64,000 nt of DNA, from positions 118,545 to 182,544 of the forward strand of contig MU057416.1 in assembly GCA_013265495.1 (NCBI GenBank). Reading direction: 5' to 3'. Positions 1 to 12,519 of the stretch are shown here, piece by piece (position 1 is the stretch's first letter; every line of letters begins with the position of its first letter). A program made the position numbers and the translations under genes. The DNA is from Vicugna vicugna. Its lineage: Eukaryota. The notes under the pieces were generated by a model. That model worked only from the letters and a program-made list of their open reading frames with translations. It was not told the origin of the DNA and did no database searches.

Positions 1-68
1 CCTCCTCCTGCACGCCCCTCATCCGTTTTGTGACCAGTCCCTCACAGGGCAGACAGGAGGGGGCTTAC

Positions 69-150
69 TCCTTTTGGCTTCCTCGAGCTTGTCCTTGGCC
101 CTTTTCTCTGCCTGGAGGAGCTGGTGGATCCCCTGGGACTGGCTGGCCGT
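69..150 (-). CDS. ATP6V1G3: V-type proton ATPase subunit G3, first coding exon (82 nt; start codon reads ACG)
   Basis: Minus strand reads gccggccacc-ACG GCC AGC CAG TCC CAG GGG ATC CAC CAG CTC CTC CAG GCA GAG AAA AGG GCC AAG GAC AAG CTC GAG GAA GCC AAA AGG A|gtaag = (M)ASQSQGIHQLLQAEKRAKDKLEEAKR. This matches the mammalian ATP6V1G3 N-terminus (MTSQSQGIHQLLQAEKRAKDKLEEAKKR). Canonical GTAAG donor at 68-64. Divergent synteny with PTPRC. Confidence 0.95.
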
Positions 151-374
151 GGTGGCCGGCTCCAAGTCAGGTGGCTTCTGAGAATCTGGGAAGGGATGGA
201 AATCACCACAGAGCTCACACTGTTGTGTCAGCAGTGAGCACTCAGCACAGCTGTTGGCTCCCAAGCGGCCTGATCAGGTGGGGGAGCGGGGCTCCAAGGA
301 GAGCCCAAGGGTGGAATCCAGAAGAACAAGTCAAGTCAAGGAAGCTGAGAGCTCACTTCTGCCAGCTTCAGGTC

Positions 375-381
375 TTTTATA
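375..381 (-). promoter_or_regulatory. Candidate TATA box (TATAAAA) of ATP6V1G3
   Basis: Minus strand gcaTATAAAAgac about 225 nt upstream of the start codon, in the gene's orientation; implies a TSS near 350. Confidence 0.55.
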
Positions 382-3300
382 TGCAATCAAGAGAGTTTCA
401 GGGGGTGTTGAGTCTGCTTACAAAGAAAGGAGTAAGATCTCTGCGGGAGGTTAACTTCTCTCTTCTTCCAAAGAACCTTGACGTTTTTGCTGACTTTTTC
501 TTTCAAGTTACAAGGCCTTTCTGTGTTCTTTGTCCTTGTGGTTCTAGTTTGAGGTCTTTTTCTTTAGTTTCCAATGAGTCAATTATCTGCTTGGGACAAG
601 TGTATCAGCCTTTTGCGAGGAAGGAGATCTCCTGGCTTTGTGCACAGAAGGTAGGCAAGGCGTTTACTGTTCTTCCCCAGGCCTCGGGTGACAGGAATGA
701 AGAGGCTTCTCGGGGTGTCGCAAGGCGCTGTAGCAATGCTGCGCGCTAGGGTTCCAGGAAGCCTGCCGCGTGCTGATTAAATCAGCATTAGAGGAAATGG
801 GACTGTAGGTTTTGAGGTTCGCTTAAAATCATCTAAACATGCGTGTTGTGTTACTCTGGGCTTGCCCTGGGGGACGTCCTAGTAAGAGAGTCCAGTAAAA
901 TCCACCTTATTCGAGTGGATTCAACCCGCTAGTGACTGACAAATCAAAACGGCGGGGACAGTGGAGAGATACAAAATATCGCTTACATGAATTGAAAGTT
1001 TTGTTTGAAGTGAAAAGCTAGTCTTTTGACATACGGCCGAGGCTTTTTTCTCTGACATAATTGGCAGATAGGACTGTCACTTACGATGACTTCCACCAGC
1101 TGCACCTCTGTTGCCTCATCATTACATACCAGGTGCAATTTCTTTAAATAGGTGCACAAAGTTAGAGAGTAATGGGAAGCATTCTGCGCGTTAAGTCCGT
1201 AAGGGGTTAATGATAATTCTCCCCTAACAGTTTAAAGAGATCTTGCTGTGATACCTGCATCACAATGCCACGCTCCGGCTTCATCACGTGCACAGATCTT
1301 TCCACACACGCACACACAAAAGCCCTTTTTCACAGGAGCACCTTTCCTTCTCTTTGTGTTCATATTTAATTAGTTTATAAAACTGAACTGTTATTGCATA
1401 ATTACCATCCTTGGTACATCCGGAATAAACAGGTCTGTGAACAAACACAGCTCTTCGTAAACGTGCATTTCACCTGTCAGAGCAGAAGTGTGAAGTCAAA
1501 CCGGCGACTGGCTCGCCAGCCTCTGGCGGGGCCTGGCATCGGCGTCGGCGGACTTTTTACCGAGTGGGGACCGCCAGCGACTTCTGTGAACGTTCAGTGG
1601 AGGTCGTTACAAGCAACTTGCTTTAATCTGATACCAGCAGTGTCTACTGACTTTCTCCTGAGTGCATCCCCCTGGATGAGGCCAGTTCAGGGAACTGGAT
1701 CTTGAGACACAGAGAAGGGATAATCCTGCAGGGAGATCACTGGGGAGGATCTGGGTAAGAAGGCTGATTCCTCAGACTGGCGTTAATAAATACACCGTCT
1801 CCTAAAAGTCTGAAGAGACGGGGTGACTCTGTGAGAGTTCGAACAGGTTGCGTGATCACATTGTCACCAGCGAAGGCTTCCTGAGTCCACAGTAAGCGCC
1901 TCCCTGCCTAACCCTAAGACTCCTTTCCTGGCTGCTGCGTTTTTTAAATTCAAATCTGCCAGAATAATATACTACTAATGTGCATGTGTTTTAAGCCAAC
2001 TTAGAGGGCATTATACTTGCAGACATTTACTTAAAACAGAAAATGTGTGTTACGTGAAATACAAAAGACCACTTTCCACCACCACCACAAGGGACGCACG
2101 TGAGTGACCCCCTTGGGGCGAGCTGTGCGAGCCACACAGAGCCCCGCCCCGGCTGAATTTCACTCTGCGCAGTTCTCGAACCCTGGTCAGGATCCTGGAT
2201 GCAAACTCTGAGAGCAGTAATGACAACTTTCAAATAACCTGGATGTCCAGTCAGAACAGAGGGATCACCATTGCTAGCTGTTGCTAACACAGTTCTATTG
2301 TGGGTCGCTTTCTAAATGCCTGTAACTTGCAGCGAACACGTCAATGACGGAAAACTGTCATCGTGTTTCCTTTAAGATCTCACGCATAGTTTTTCATTTT
2401 ATCACAGAAGTTTTCCTTCTCTTCATTTAATTAACAGAGGAGTCTGTTCCTGGACCAAAAATACCCATAGGGCATTGTGCCATCCTTCCTGCCAACAAGA
2501 TGCCCAGTGGGACGTCGGAGGGGGTGTCCACTCACACAGGAGAAAGGGGGCTTTGAGCATAACTCAGAGTAGGGGGTCAGAACAGTTCTGTCCTCCCCTG
2601 ACCCTCGAAGGACCACCCTCCCAGTGAGGAGGAGAGACAGAAAAACCCACCTGTAAGCAGGGAGAGATCTCATCTCAACCTGGGCTCTGGGAGAAGAGAA
2701 GTAACCACAGGGCTACGCTTGTGTGGGCTGGAGAGGACCGCGCAGGGTCTTCTGCGGACATGAAAGCACGCCGGACCGGAGCGCGCGGTCTGAACTGCAG
2801 GTCTAGTGAGACAGTGAGGCCGGCGGAGGGGGCAGCGTGGGGCGGGGGCCGGCGGCCTGGAGGGGGGGCCTAAACTTTATTATAAATGGAAGGGACTGTT
2901 CTTATCACACTAGTGGGTTACTGACTGTAACTGAGTTAGTCCCCTTTGAAATCAAAGCTAACTCCTCATGCAACTTTTCATTTATAAAATGTAAGATTTT
3001 CAAGCTCATCGCACTCGAAACCTTGTGTCTGTCAATAACCCAGATTTTGAGCCTGGTCTTCACAGATCTTGTGTTGTCGGGCCCTTCATGCACAAGCATT
3101 TCTTTTTCTGTCGGTAACAAAACACCAACAAAGCCGAGCCGACCACGTCCCAGTGATGAGGCACACTTCCCTGCCTTAACCCGTCTGATTCCCAGCGCGG
3201 CCCTGGAAATGGGTGCTGGTGTCACGTGCCACGCGGGTTTCATCAGCAGAGAGACTGAAGTGATATGACTGATGTCGGACACGGTGGCTCAGAAAACCTG

Positions 3301-4269
3301 CGTGACAGGCCCAGGGCCAGGGACCCCAGCGGGAGGACTCCAGTCGGCCGTCTCCCTCCTGCGCAAGCCTGCCTCCCTCCTTCCTCCCACGGTTCTTTTT
3401 TCTTGTTGAAAAAGATGAACAGAAAACAAGGAGTATCAGTTGACATCTTCCTCTGTATAAATCACTATTAAAATATGGACCAAATAAAACGCCAGGGGCT
3501 CAAACAATTGAAAACACAAATAGCAAAACAGAGACTTGGCTGAACTCCGGTCTCCGAGTTAGCGAAGGTTCCTCCTCAGAAATGCTTGTTTCAAGCAACC
3601 CGACTTCTTACTCTTTTCATTTGGGACCATTTGCTCTGGTTTTACTGCTTCTTCTATTCCATTTTATCTTTTTCTTTTATACCTAGAGATTAAAACAAAT
3701 AATACAGTCTTCTTTAATTTGAGGGGTATAAATTGTTCTTTGGTTTTGATGTTAATGTTGATGGTTTCTAAGGGTAACCATGTAAGAAACACAATTTACT
3801 GATATAATTACTTACTATTTGTATTATTTCATATATTATATGATGTTATTTTATTCTTATTTATCACTGTTTTCAATATAAACTGAGTATTTATGTTACA
3901 TATTTTTATAAAAATTTTGAAGCGTAGAAGGGATTTTTCAGACGAGGTAGAGAAATAGACATGTCACTCGCAGGGCCTTTGTGAAAAGGAAGTGCGAGAA
4001 CCAGAATAGGGTGTTTTTAGGTCTTTGCTCTTTGATTCTCTTTTTAAAATACGTTCATATTTCGTTTTTATTAGTGTAAAATGCAAAAACGTTACTAAAA
4101 TCGGCAAAACCTTAAAAACAAAACCTGCGCCCCTTGGACATGTTTCCCTGTTGAATGTTGAATGTTACAGTGACATGCCTCTTCGTTTTGCTTGTACTTA
4201 ACTTGGGAAAACAAATGACATTGAGAGTTCTGAATAGCTATCATTATAAATGTAGCAAGTGTTCAGCCT

Positions 4270-4270
<1 letters not shown>

Positions 4271-4331
<61 letters not shown>

Positions 4332-4452
4332 CTTTTTTTTTCTCTTTTNNNNNNNNNNNNNNNNNNNNNNNNNNNNNNNNNNNNNNNNNNNNNNNNNNNN
4401 NNNNNNNNNNNNNNNNNNNNNNNNNNNNNNNNNNTTTTTTTTTTTTTTTTTT
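4271..4452. other. Poly(T) tract interrupted by an 86-N assembly gap (4349-4434)
   Basis: About 78 nt of nearly pure T, then Ns, then 18 more T. Confidence 0.95.
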
Positions 4453-5649
4453 GGTTTCTCTTGTTTGAAGTTTCGTTTCTGCTCAGACTTCCTCTTACTG
4501 TCCATCCTGCCGTCTCCTCTGCCGATTTCAGCTGATCTTACAATCCTTCTGCCCGTGTTGGTTTAGCCCCTGCGTCTGAATCACAGTGAAAAGTAGCTTA
4601 ATTCCTGGTTTCCTGGAAGTCTGGAGCTCCTAGGTATTTCAAAACTGTAAGCTGCCATTTTTAGGCAAAGCTTGAAGACTTGGTGTGGGTGCTTCTCCAG
4701 GGAGCAGTATCACCATTCACATCGCTTGCTCATTACAGCTGAGCAGTGATGTGTGAAGCACGTATCTGCCACCTACGTTCATCTTCCCTTTTTTCTGTCG
4801 CTGGGCAGGAACACAGTCCTCCTGGCTCCTGTCCCTCCTCCTCGGACCCTCTTCTCCCTCCAGCTCGTTCACCTACTACTCATGGTCTCTTTCCCCCCAG
4901 AATCATTCCTTTGTGCCTTTATTGACTCTTCCTTCTGCCTGGAATATCTTGCTTTCATTTGCCTGGAAAATAAATCATTCAAAGCCCATTTCCAATGTCA
5001 TCTTGAAAGAATGAAGCTTCCTAGATCCTCTTGGACCTGACACGTCCTTGTTTCACCTCTGACTTCACAGGACTCGGCACTGACCTGTCGGAGGGCGTTT
5101 CTCACTCTGTGTGTCTATGACATTGGACCTTCTTCCAGATGAAGCACGACAAATAACTCCGCTTCCTATGGGCGACGTACAGTGCTGTCGCTTCAGGTCT
5201 TCGTGTTTCTTTCGTGGGGTGGAATGGCTTCCCCATCCTCAGTGAAGCGGGTGTCACTTCTCGGGGTGGAGTCTGTGGAAAATCTGGACGGTTCTAGTCG
5301 AGCGACACCGTCCTGAGACTGTTGTGTGGTCGTCTCCACTCCCTGCTCTGCCAGCTGCCGGCACTGAAGGGTCTGGGTCTTGATTCAAAGGGATGGAAGA
5401 TACAGCCCCAAACGCCCCTGCGCTACCGCAAAGGTCGCGTGGGTGTCTCTGGAGCTTCTGGGGCTTCGTCCCGTCACTCCTGGTCCTGAATAATTTATCC
5501 TCTGGGAGGACATTCAGTTAGATTTAATCTGGGCTACATATAGTCCACAGTTGCTCATCAAGTCATTACGTGAATATGTCTGTTTCCACGCTCTCACTTT
5601 CTAGTTGGGATTATGCACTGTCACGAATAAAACAACATAGAACGAATTA

Positions 5650-5835
5650 AGAGCAGGGGCTCGGGAGCAGGCAGCTGAGTCTGTGTCCCGGCTCAGCTGG
5701 GCCCCGCTTTCTTCAGCTGTGAAATGAGAGAAAAAACCCAGCACAGCAGCATGGCCTTACAGGGCTGTTGCGAAGAGTAAATGAGCTGACATTTACAAAG
5801 CACTCAGAAGAGTGTCTGGCACAAGTGAGTGCTAG
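5650..5835. mobile_element. MIR SINE remnant
   Basis: ttcttcagctgtgaaatgag...agggctgttgcgaagagtaaatgag...tacaaagcactcagaagagtgtctggcacaagtgagtgct resembles the MIR core/3' consensus. Confidence 0.65.
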
Positions 5836-8029
5836 CTTTTTAAAGTTAAAAAATTAAATGACAAGTATCCCACACCTTGTATTTAGTCCCCTGACCTCGC
5901 CAGCCTCACTGCTCGCAGCCTTCGGAGTTTTCTGTCTGCCCACCGAGAGAGAACTCACTTCCTTCACTCTGCCAGGCCCTGTCTTATTTTTTTTTAAATC
6001 AAATTTATTATTTCAAGATAAAGTTTTGTTCTCAAGACAACTTCTTTGGCTAAAAGGAATTGCTCATGGAATGGTGACCTGGAAAAAAAAATGCTTTGTT
6101 TTGTGACTTATTATAACATAGTGAAAAGGCTTGTCTTTTGGCCTCGTTTTGCTGTGAAATCCTCTATAGATTTCCAATTACGAAATGTGATGGTTTGAAT
6201 TAGCGACAGTACGTGGCTCAACTCTGTTATCAGGCAAGAATTCTCATTATCAGATAGACCGTTCAGAGACAACATGAAAGGTCTTAAACGGGAATCCATG
6301 GAGGGCCTGGAGGAAAGCAAGACACTTTCATTAAAGACATTTTCTGGTCCTCAGTGTTCAGAACGCATCCCAACTGAAAGGGCAGATTTTTATTGGAATC
6401 CTTCACTCAAGGATGTGCATCATGCGTTTTGTCTCAGAATCCCTTTCAACAAATCTGCAGCCCAACGTCACTACCCTTGGACAAGAGACACTGGAGGGTC
6501 CTGAGGCATTTGTATTTCAGCCACCTTTGCCCCGAAGGCTGAACCCCTGGCGGCTCGACCCTGGCTTGTTCGGGTGTAGAGTAATGCGCCCGAAGACCAA
6601 GAGACTGGGCCAAGTCTCTGCCCCCGGTGAGGCTGGTCATCCTGGGCGTGCTGTGCGGCCTCGCCATGAGACGCCGCGGATGAAACAGCGCCTGCGTCAC
6701 AGGTAAAGCACGAGGTGACGCTGGACCAAACGTGAGACCTGCCCGTGGTGGAGGCAGCGCCCGAGAGCGCCGCTGCCATCGTGGGCTGTGGACAAAGCAG
6801 AGATCGTACCAAAAGCAGCGTGGAAGTGGCCTGCCTCCACACGGCCTTGGCTGTGGCGGTGACCCTGTCTAGTGGACTCCTGAACCGGGCAGTCCCCTCT
6901 CAGGCCATCACTGTGGGACATCCTGGTGGAAGGAGCCGCACGCTGGATCCTGTCGGTTGGGCTTGGTTTTTATACTGTTTTTCAGCCAGGTGACCTCCAA
7001 AGGGCTGCTTTCTGGCTTTTCTTCTGTAAATGGCTGTTGTTATACCCGTCTTTTCCTGTTTTTGTGAGAATCAGAGATGCTCAGCTAAAGACGCCTGCCG
7101 TGATGGTGGCACACAGACAGCTCAGATACACGGTGGCTGCTGGTTGCTGGGGTGCCCGAGTGAAGGAGACTGCAGTGTCAGCAGTAGGCAGCCGTACTGG
7201 CCGTCTTGGGGTCGATTTGCAGCTTAAAAAGCCATTTTAAGTCCTGAAGTCCATGATTTGCCATGTTGAGATACAATTGAAAACCTGTAAAGTTTGGCTT
7301 AATTGAATTGGCTTATCAAAAAGAAAAAAAAACTGTGTGTAGTAATTCCATGAGTCCCAAAGTTTGAAAACCACTGACATAAACCGAAAGAAAACAACAA
7401 AAGGAAAGAGTATGTGGGTATCCCAGGTTTTCTGGCTTTTGGACAACTGTCAGATGCCCAGTGGTGAATGGGGTGAGTTGGACAAACTGGGAAACAGCCC
7501 TGAGTGCCTGGAATGTTTGCTGACCTCTGTTTTATTGTCAATCTGTAACCATAACATATGCCATTAGATGTGCCTGGTTTTGTGAGGATGGAACAGGGTA
7601 ATGGGGGGACCAAGTCACTCAGAGTTAGATTTTAGTGTCAACACAGTAGACTTAGGGTGAGACTCCACCCTGGGTCTTCTAGGAAAAGCTCTCATCAAAG
7701 GCACATGCATGACAGAAAAGGCTCTTTTATTGGACGTATTTTAGATACGCCTAGACGTTACAGGTTCTGGAAAGTCAATAACCCTCCACAGTACATTTTG
7801 TGATAGAAATTAATCGACTTACACTCCATACATTGCATGATGCCACTGGCAACCGCAGCGGCCCCCACCGCAGAGCAGGGCGGGACGCACGCTCGGGTGA
7901 TGTTAATAACGTGATGCGGCCTTTGACCCGACAAGAATACACACGTAGCCCTGGACACTCTGCTGAGCGCTTTCGCGTGTGTGGCCTCACTTGGCTCTCG
8001 CGAGGACACCATGAGGTCAGCGGGGGAAG

Positions 8030-8150
8030 TGCAACCGTGCCCATTTTAGGGATGAAGAAACTGAGATGCAGGGAAGTCAGGTGAGTTGTCCTAGTTATCG
8101 GGCTCCTAAAATGTCAAGGTAGGACCAGGATTTGACACCTACTCTGGCTT
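8030..8150. mobile_element. MIR SINE remnant
   Basis: cccattttagggatgaagaaactgagatgcagggaagtcaggtgagttgtcc...ccaggatttgacacc is the MIR core. Confidence 0.7.
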
Positions 8151-9659
8151 TTAATGTTCTCTCTACTTAATATTCTGTCTTCCTCTGAGGAGGTTTAACA
8201 ATCAAACACCTGTGGATTTGCTTGGGAAAGACTGGGTATTCTGCACGTGGACTGGATTGCTTATATGCGGCACGACGTAGCCGGGAGTGGGCTGGAAGCG
8301 CCCTAGTGTTTTGGTAGACGTCCATCGTTGACAGCCACTGGGCTGTCCTTCCCTGTGCCATTTGTTACCTTCATTAAAAAGGAGGAAAGCAGCAAGTAAG
8401 CTTGGGCTGGAAGATGAAGATGCCGAGCTGACTCCTTGAGATGAAGTGGGACTGAGCCCCCCTGGGCTGGAACCTCGCTGAGGCCTCGGTGAGGCAACCC
8501 CTGGGGGCCCTGTGCTTGGCCGGGTGAAAATTGCTCTTGTGGGACTTAGGGCATCACGAGATCGGGGAGAAGAGGGTGTTTCCCAGCGTGCTTTATAGAG
8601 AACTGAGACTACACGCCACTGCCCCTGACCTCTGCGCTAGAAACGCCCGCCAGGGAGGCAAAGAGGGGGTGGCGTTCCTCTTTTCTCCCGCCCTCGCCCC
8701 AGGCCGCCCTTTGACGAGGCTCCGTGTCTTCTAGGACTGCCTTACACACTCCTTTACCCTGCTTCCCCCATTACGGGTACATGGGAGAGGGAAGGAAGGA
8801 ACACCCATGGGACCACCCTTTGGTGACCATGCGGAATGTTCAGGAAACCCCAGCAGAAGGAAGGAGAGGTGTCAGGGAGAAAGTGACGAGGAGCAGACCT
8901 AGAGAAAGGGGTGGCTGGCGCAGCCTTTTCCCTGGAGCAGGTCCTGTCCCCACGTCCGCCTTCTGCGTCCTGCCTGGGACGCTCCCAGGCCTGCAACTTT
9001 GGCTCCAAGGATGCCACCTCCCCTCGGCCAAAGAAGCACCTTACCACGGGGGATGTGAGAGGCCACGCATGTAGGACGGGGTTCAGGGAGGTTGTGGAGA
9101 GCTTGTGAAAACCACTTGGAGCTCGAGAGAGTCCTCTGTGGCTGGCAACGACCAACGAGACAATGAAGCAGGGAGTCTCCCACGTGAATTCAGGCGTGGT
9201 CATGGGATCGTCTCGGTCGAATCCTGCTGAGAACCCACCATGGTGCTTCCAGCCTCCGCTTCTTAATCCTCCCCATCCGTCTGATAGTTTTGGAGGAAGG
9301 GGCCCAGGGTCTCCCCCCGCACACCAGGCACCCCGTGCTTCTCTCTCACGCGGTGCTCCGTCCTCTGGGTGACGATTTCCCACCGTCCTGTGGGTCTCTC
9401 CAGCTCTCCAAGGTCAGGGACTCGAGTCTTCTTTGTCCGCTTCCCCAGAACCTGGCGATGTCCTTGGGACAGAGCAGCAGGCACTTAAATATCTGTTGCC
9501 TGAACGCATGAGGAAACACAGGAACATTCGATTTTTTTGAATGGACGTTTTAGATCACTTGAGGTAATTATTTTGTTGCCATTAGGACCACGACCAAATA
9601 GCTCTTCATTCACCCGTGATTTTAAGACTGAGGATGAGTGAGAGGATGGTGCCTCGTTA

Positions 9660-9830
9660 CAGGACTTTTGGACTCAAACAGCTTTTTTTCCTAGGTTGGA
9701 CAAGTTGCTCAATCTTTCTGTGGTGTATCTTCTTAACTGTAAAATGGGGACAGTGAGACCTAATGCCTGCAGGGTGACGGCGAGCTTGTAATTTAAGTGC
9801 AATGACGCACAAAAAGTAGCGGAGGGTCTA
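9660..9830. mobile_element. MIR SINE remnant
   Basis: ggacaagttgctcaatctttctgtgg...cttcttaactgtaaaatggggac core motif. Confidence 0.6.
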
Positions 9831-12519
9831 TCGTGATGGAAGCCCTACTTTCCCAGATTCACTGAGAGCGAGCATTTGCTGCTACGTATGGGCACTATTC
9901 CGGGTGCTAAGACTATCATGGGGAACCAGGTCAGCGTCATCACTGTGAGATACAAAGGCTTTAGGTAAAACCACCGCCCATGACGCCCTGTCTCCCAGGA
10001 GGCCAGTGCCGGGGCTGCCCTTAGGGACCCGGAGGCCTCGATCGAACGCAGAATTGTGGGAACGCAGGTGCCCTGTGCACCGGTAATCTGCTACTTGGAG
10101 GATTCGAATCAAATTGGGGATTTGGGTCTGTGCTTTCAAAATCTCCCTTCCCTCGAAGCTTCCAGTGTTGAAGAGCCTGCCTGACTCCAAAGAGCTTCCA
10201 GACCGTTCTGCCTGAGATTACCAGTATTTGGTCCGGCAGAGAAACACTCAGAAAAATTTACCTCGGCCCTTCCTGCAATCTGCTGTGGCTTTTCTGAATC
10301 TGGATTTATTAAGGGAAGCTAAGCATTTAACGAAAGGAAAGCAGGCGCCTTGACCGTGGCACACGCATCATCGATGGTGTCGCCTCCACAGCCCTGGTTC
10401 CTCTGCCGCTGCTGGGGCTGTTGCCGGGATGGGCCTCAGTTTCTTTTGACTGTCTTTTGTGTCCCTTCTCTTTACTGTGATCTTGAGGACAAGGAGACAA
10501 ACGGAAGCATGTGACACCCCTCACCACACAGTTTGGAAAATTCAGGGCGCGCCAGTTCAAAAGCCACGTCCGAAAAGAAACCGAGGCAGCCTCTAAGCGA
10601 GCGAGTCAGAAAAAGTGGCCGACCCCAGGCAAGCTGCTCGCGCTCTTGGTTTAATCTTATACCCGCCTTGATTTTCCATTCATGTGAGTCTATCTGGAGG
10701 GCTGTTTCTGGGAGTATCTGCTCTGGCATCTGGAGAGTATCTTTCCTTTCTTACTTTGGGGAAAAGAAGAGTTGGAGAAAGAAATGTTCTCAGATAGAGG
10801 AGAGAGAGAGGCTACATTAAACAAAATACGATCTAAGGCAGTTTCTGATTTTTTGAGCTCAATTAGAAAATGTTAAGTTCGGTAACTTTGAAAGAAACTT
10901 TGACACCTCACTGAAGTAGTAGAAAGCATTTATTTTGGCAGAGATTTGTGTCTCCAGGCTAATGGTGTAATACAGGATCGCAGGCTTCCAGAAAGTGAAC
11001 CTTAACAGAGTGATTCTTTTTTTTCGGTCTCTCCTCCAAGGAATTCAGCTAATTCTTTTTTTCTTGTTTATGTCTCCTGCGTTTCCTCCTGTGCCGCCGC
11101 CTCCTCCTCCTTCGGGCTTCAGTTGTAGGCTGGGCCGGATCCGAGGAGTTCGGGGTGGGCTTGGCTTATAAAGGGCCTGAAGGAGGTTCTTTGCTACCCA
11201 AGAAAATCGGATTGATTCTAGAACCAACTGAGTGTTTGAATCTGCCCTCAAGTTGGCCTTAGATTATTTCCAAGAAGTTCTGGACAGGTGGACCACCCCT
11301 TGACAATCCTCATCTGGATCCTTAGGCAGGACCCAAAAAAGTTTGGTCTTGGGGTGTGTCCCTGTTTACTTAGGTTAAAGATGTGCAGATATTACAGCTG
11401 ACCTCTGACAGAGGAAAGGACAGTCACTCCCCAATGAAGGCACAGGCGGAGGGGACAGAATGACTCTGCACTCTCGTCAGTCACTGCGCTGGGAGCTGTG
11501 TGGTCTCTCAGCTCCTGGAAATGTCAAAGCAACGGTGGTAGGTGACTGGAGCCCCATTTTTAGTTAAGGAAATTGGTGTTCACATCCTTCATTTTCTAAA
11601 AGTCACACAGCTAAAAGTGGCCCTGGAGGAATCTGGACGCAGTCTATCTGCGTCAGGGCTGGGGTCATTGCTGTCCACGCAGATGGGGCCGCTCCTCAGC
11701 TAACAGGACGCCTTGTGCACACTGCCTTGGTTTCCTTTAAGCTCTCAAGTCCTTCTGAAGGCACGTGTACTGCGTTTCCTAGAATGAGTAAGGCAAGTCC
11801 CCACAGAATGACAGCAGAAGGGTTTGGGAAAGAAAATCGAAACATTTGTGCCACAATCTACAAACCCCCACCCGGCTGAGTGTAGGGTCCCTCCTGTCCA
11901 CCTGAAACTAGACCGAGACCTACTCCCTCAACAAAGCAGTCCTGCTTCCCGAGGGCCGACGTGGGGGTCAATTAAAACGCAGCCCTTGGAGGAGGAGGGA
12001 TAGGCTAGCCCCAAAGGAATGGGAGTTAGAGAGCGGGGCTCCAGGTGGAAGGGCATGACCAACAGGGGTTCACGAAGGAGAGCGATCTGAGCCCGGTTTG
12101 CACCGGTCACCCCTTCCCTGAACTGAAGATAAAAACGTTTCAGTGGCCAGGCGCACGTGCTGCATCGCAGCGGACATGGATCCGGGGCCACAGGTGACAG
12201 GGGCTGCCCGGGGTGTAGGGAGAGCAGTCTCTGGGTTGCAGGAGGACGACCTTTTGGAAAGAAGTTGCTCACTGCCTGGATAGTGGCAGCAACGAGTTAC
12301 TCAGAGCAGCATCTCCGGAATGTGGGGGGAGGATGCACTGGCCAGTTGTCTGTCACGGCTCCCCGCCAGGCCTGGAAAAGGGCCTGCGTTTATCCCTCTT
12401 GTCGTGTTTTACCGGGAGGGAAGAAGGGGGTGGAAAGGTGGAAGCAGGAGGGGAAGCTGCTTTGCTTTTACATTTACTTGGCTTAAGCCAGCCTCGCCGC
12501 TGCATGAACCCGTGCCAAA

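Noticed and set aside
19..68. C-terminal part of the 81-aa ORF (KPPPVCPVRDWSQNG)
   Set aside because: Read-through into intron 1 past the GTAAG donor.
30..749. 239-aa plus-strand ORF antisense to ATP6V1G3 exon 1 and promoter
   Set aside because: Starts at GTG, no recognisable domain, overlaps a real exon on the other strand; consistent with chance.
4155..4535. Poly-Phe and poly-Lys ORFs
   Set aside because: Translation of the poly(T) tract and N gap.
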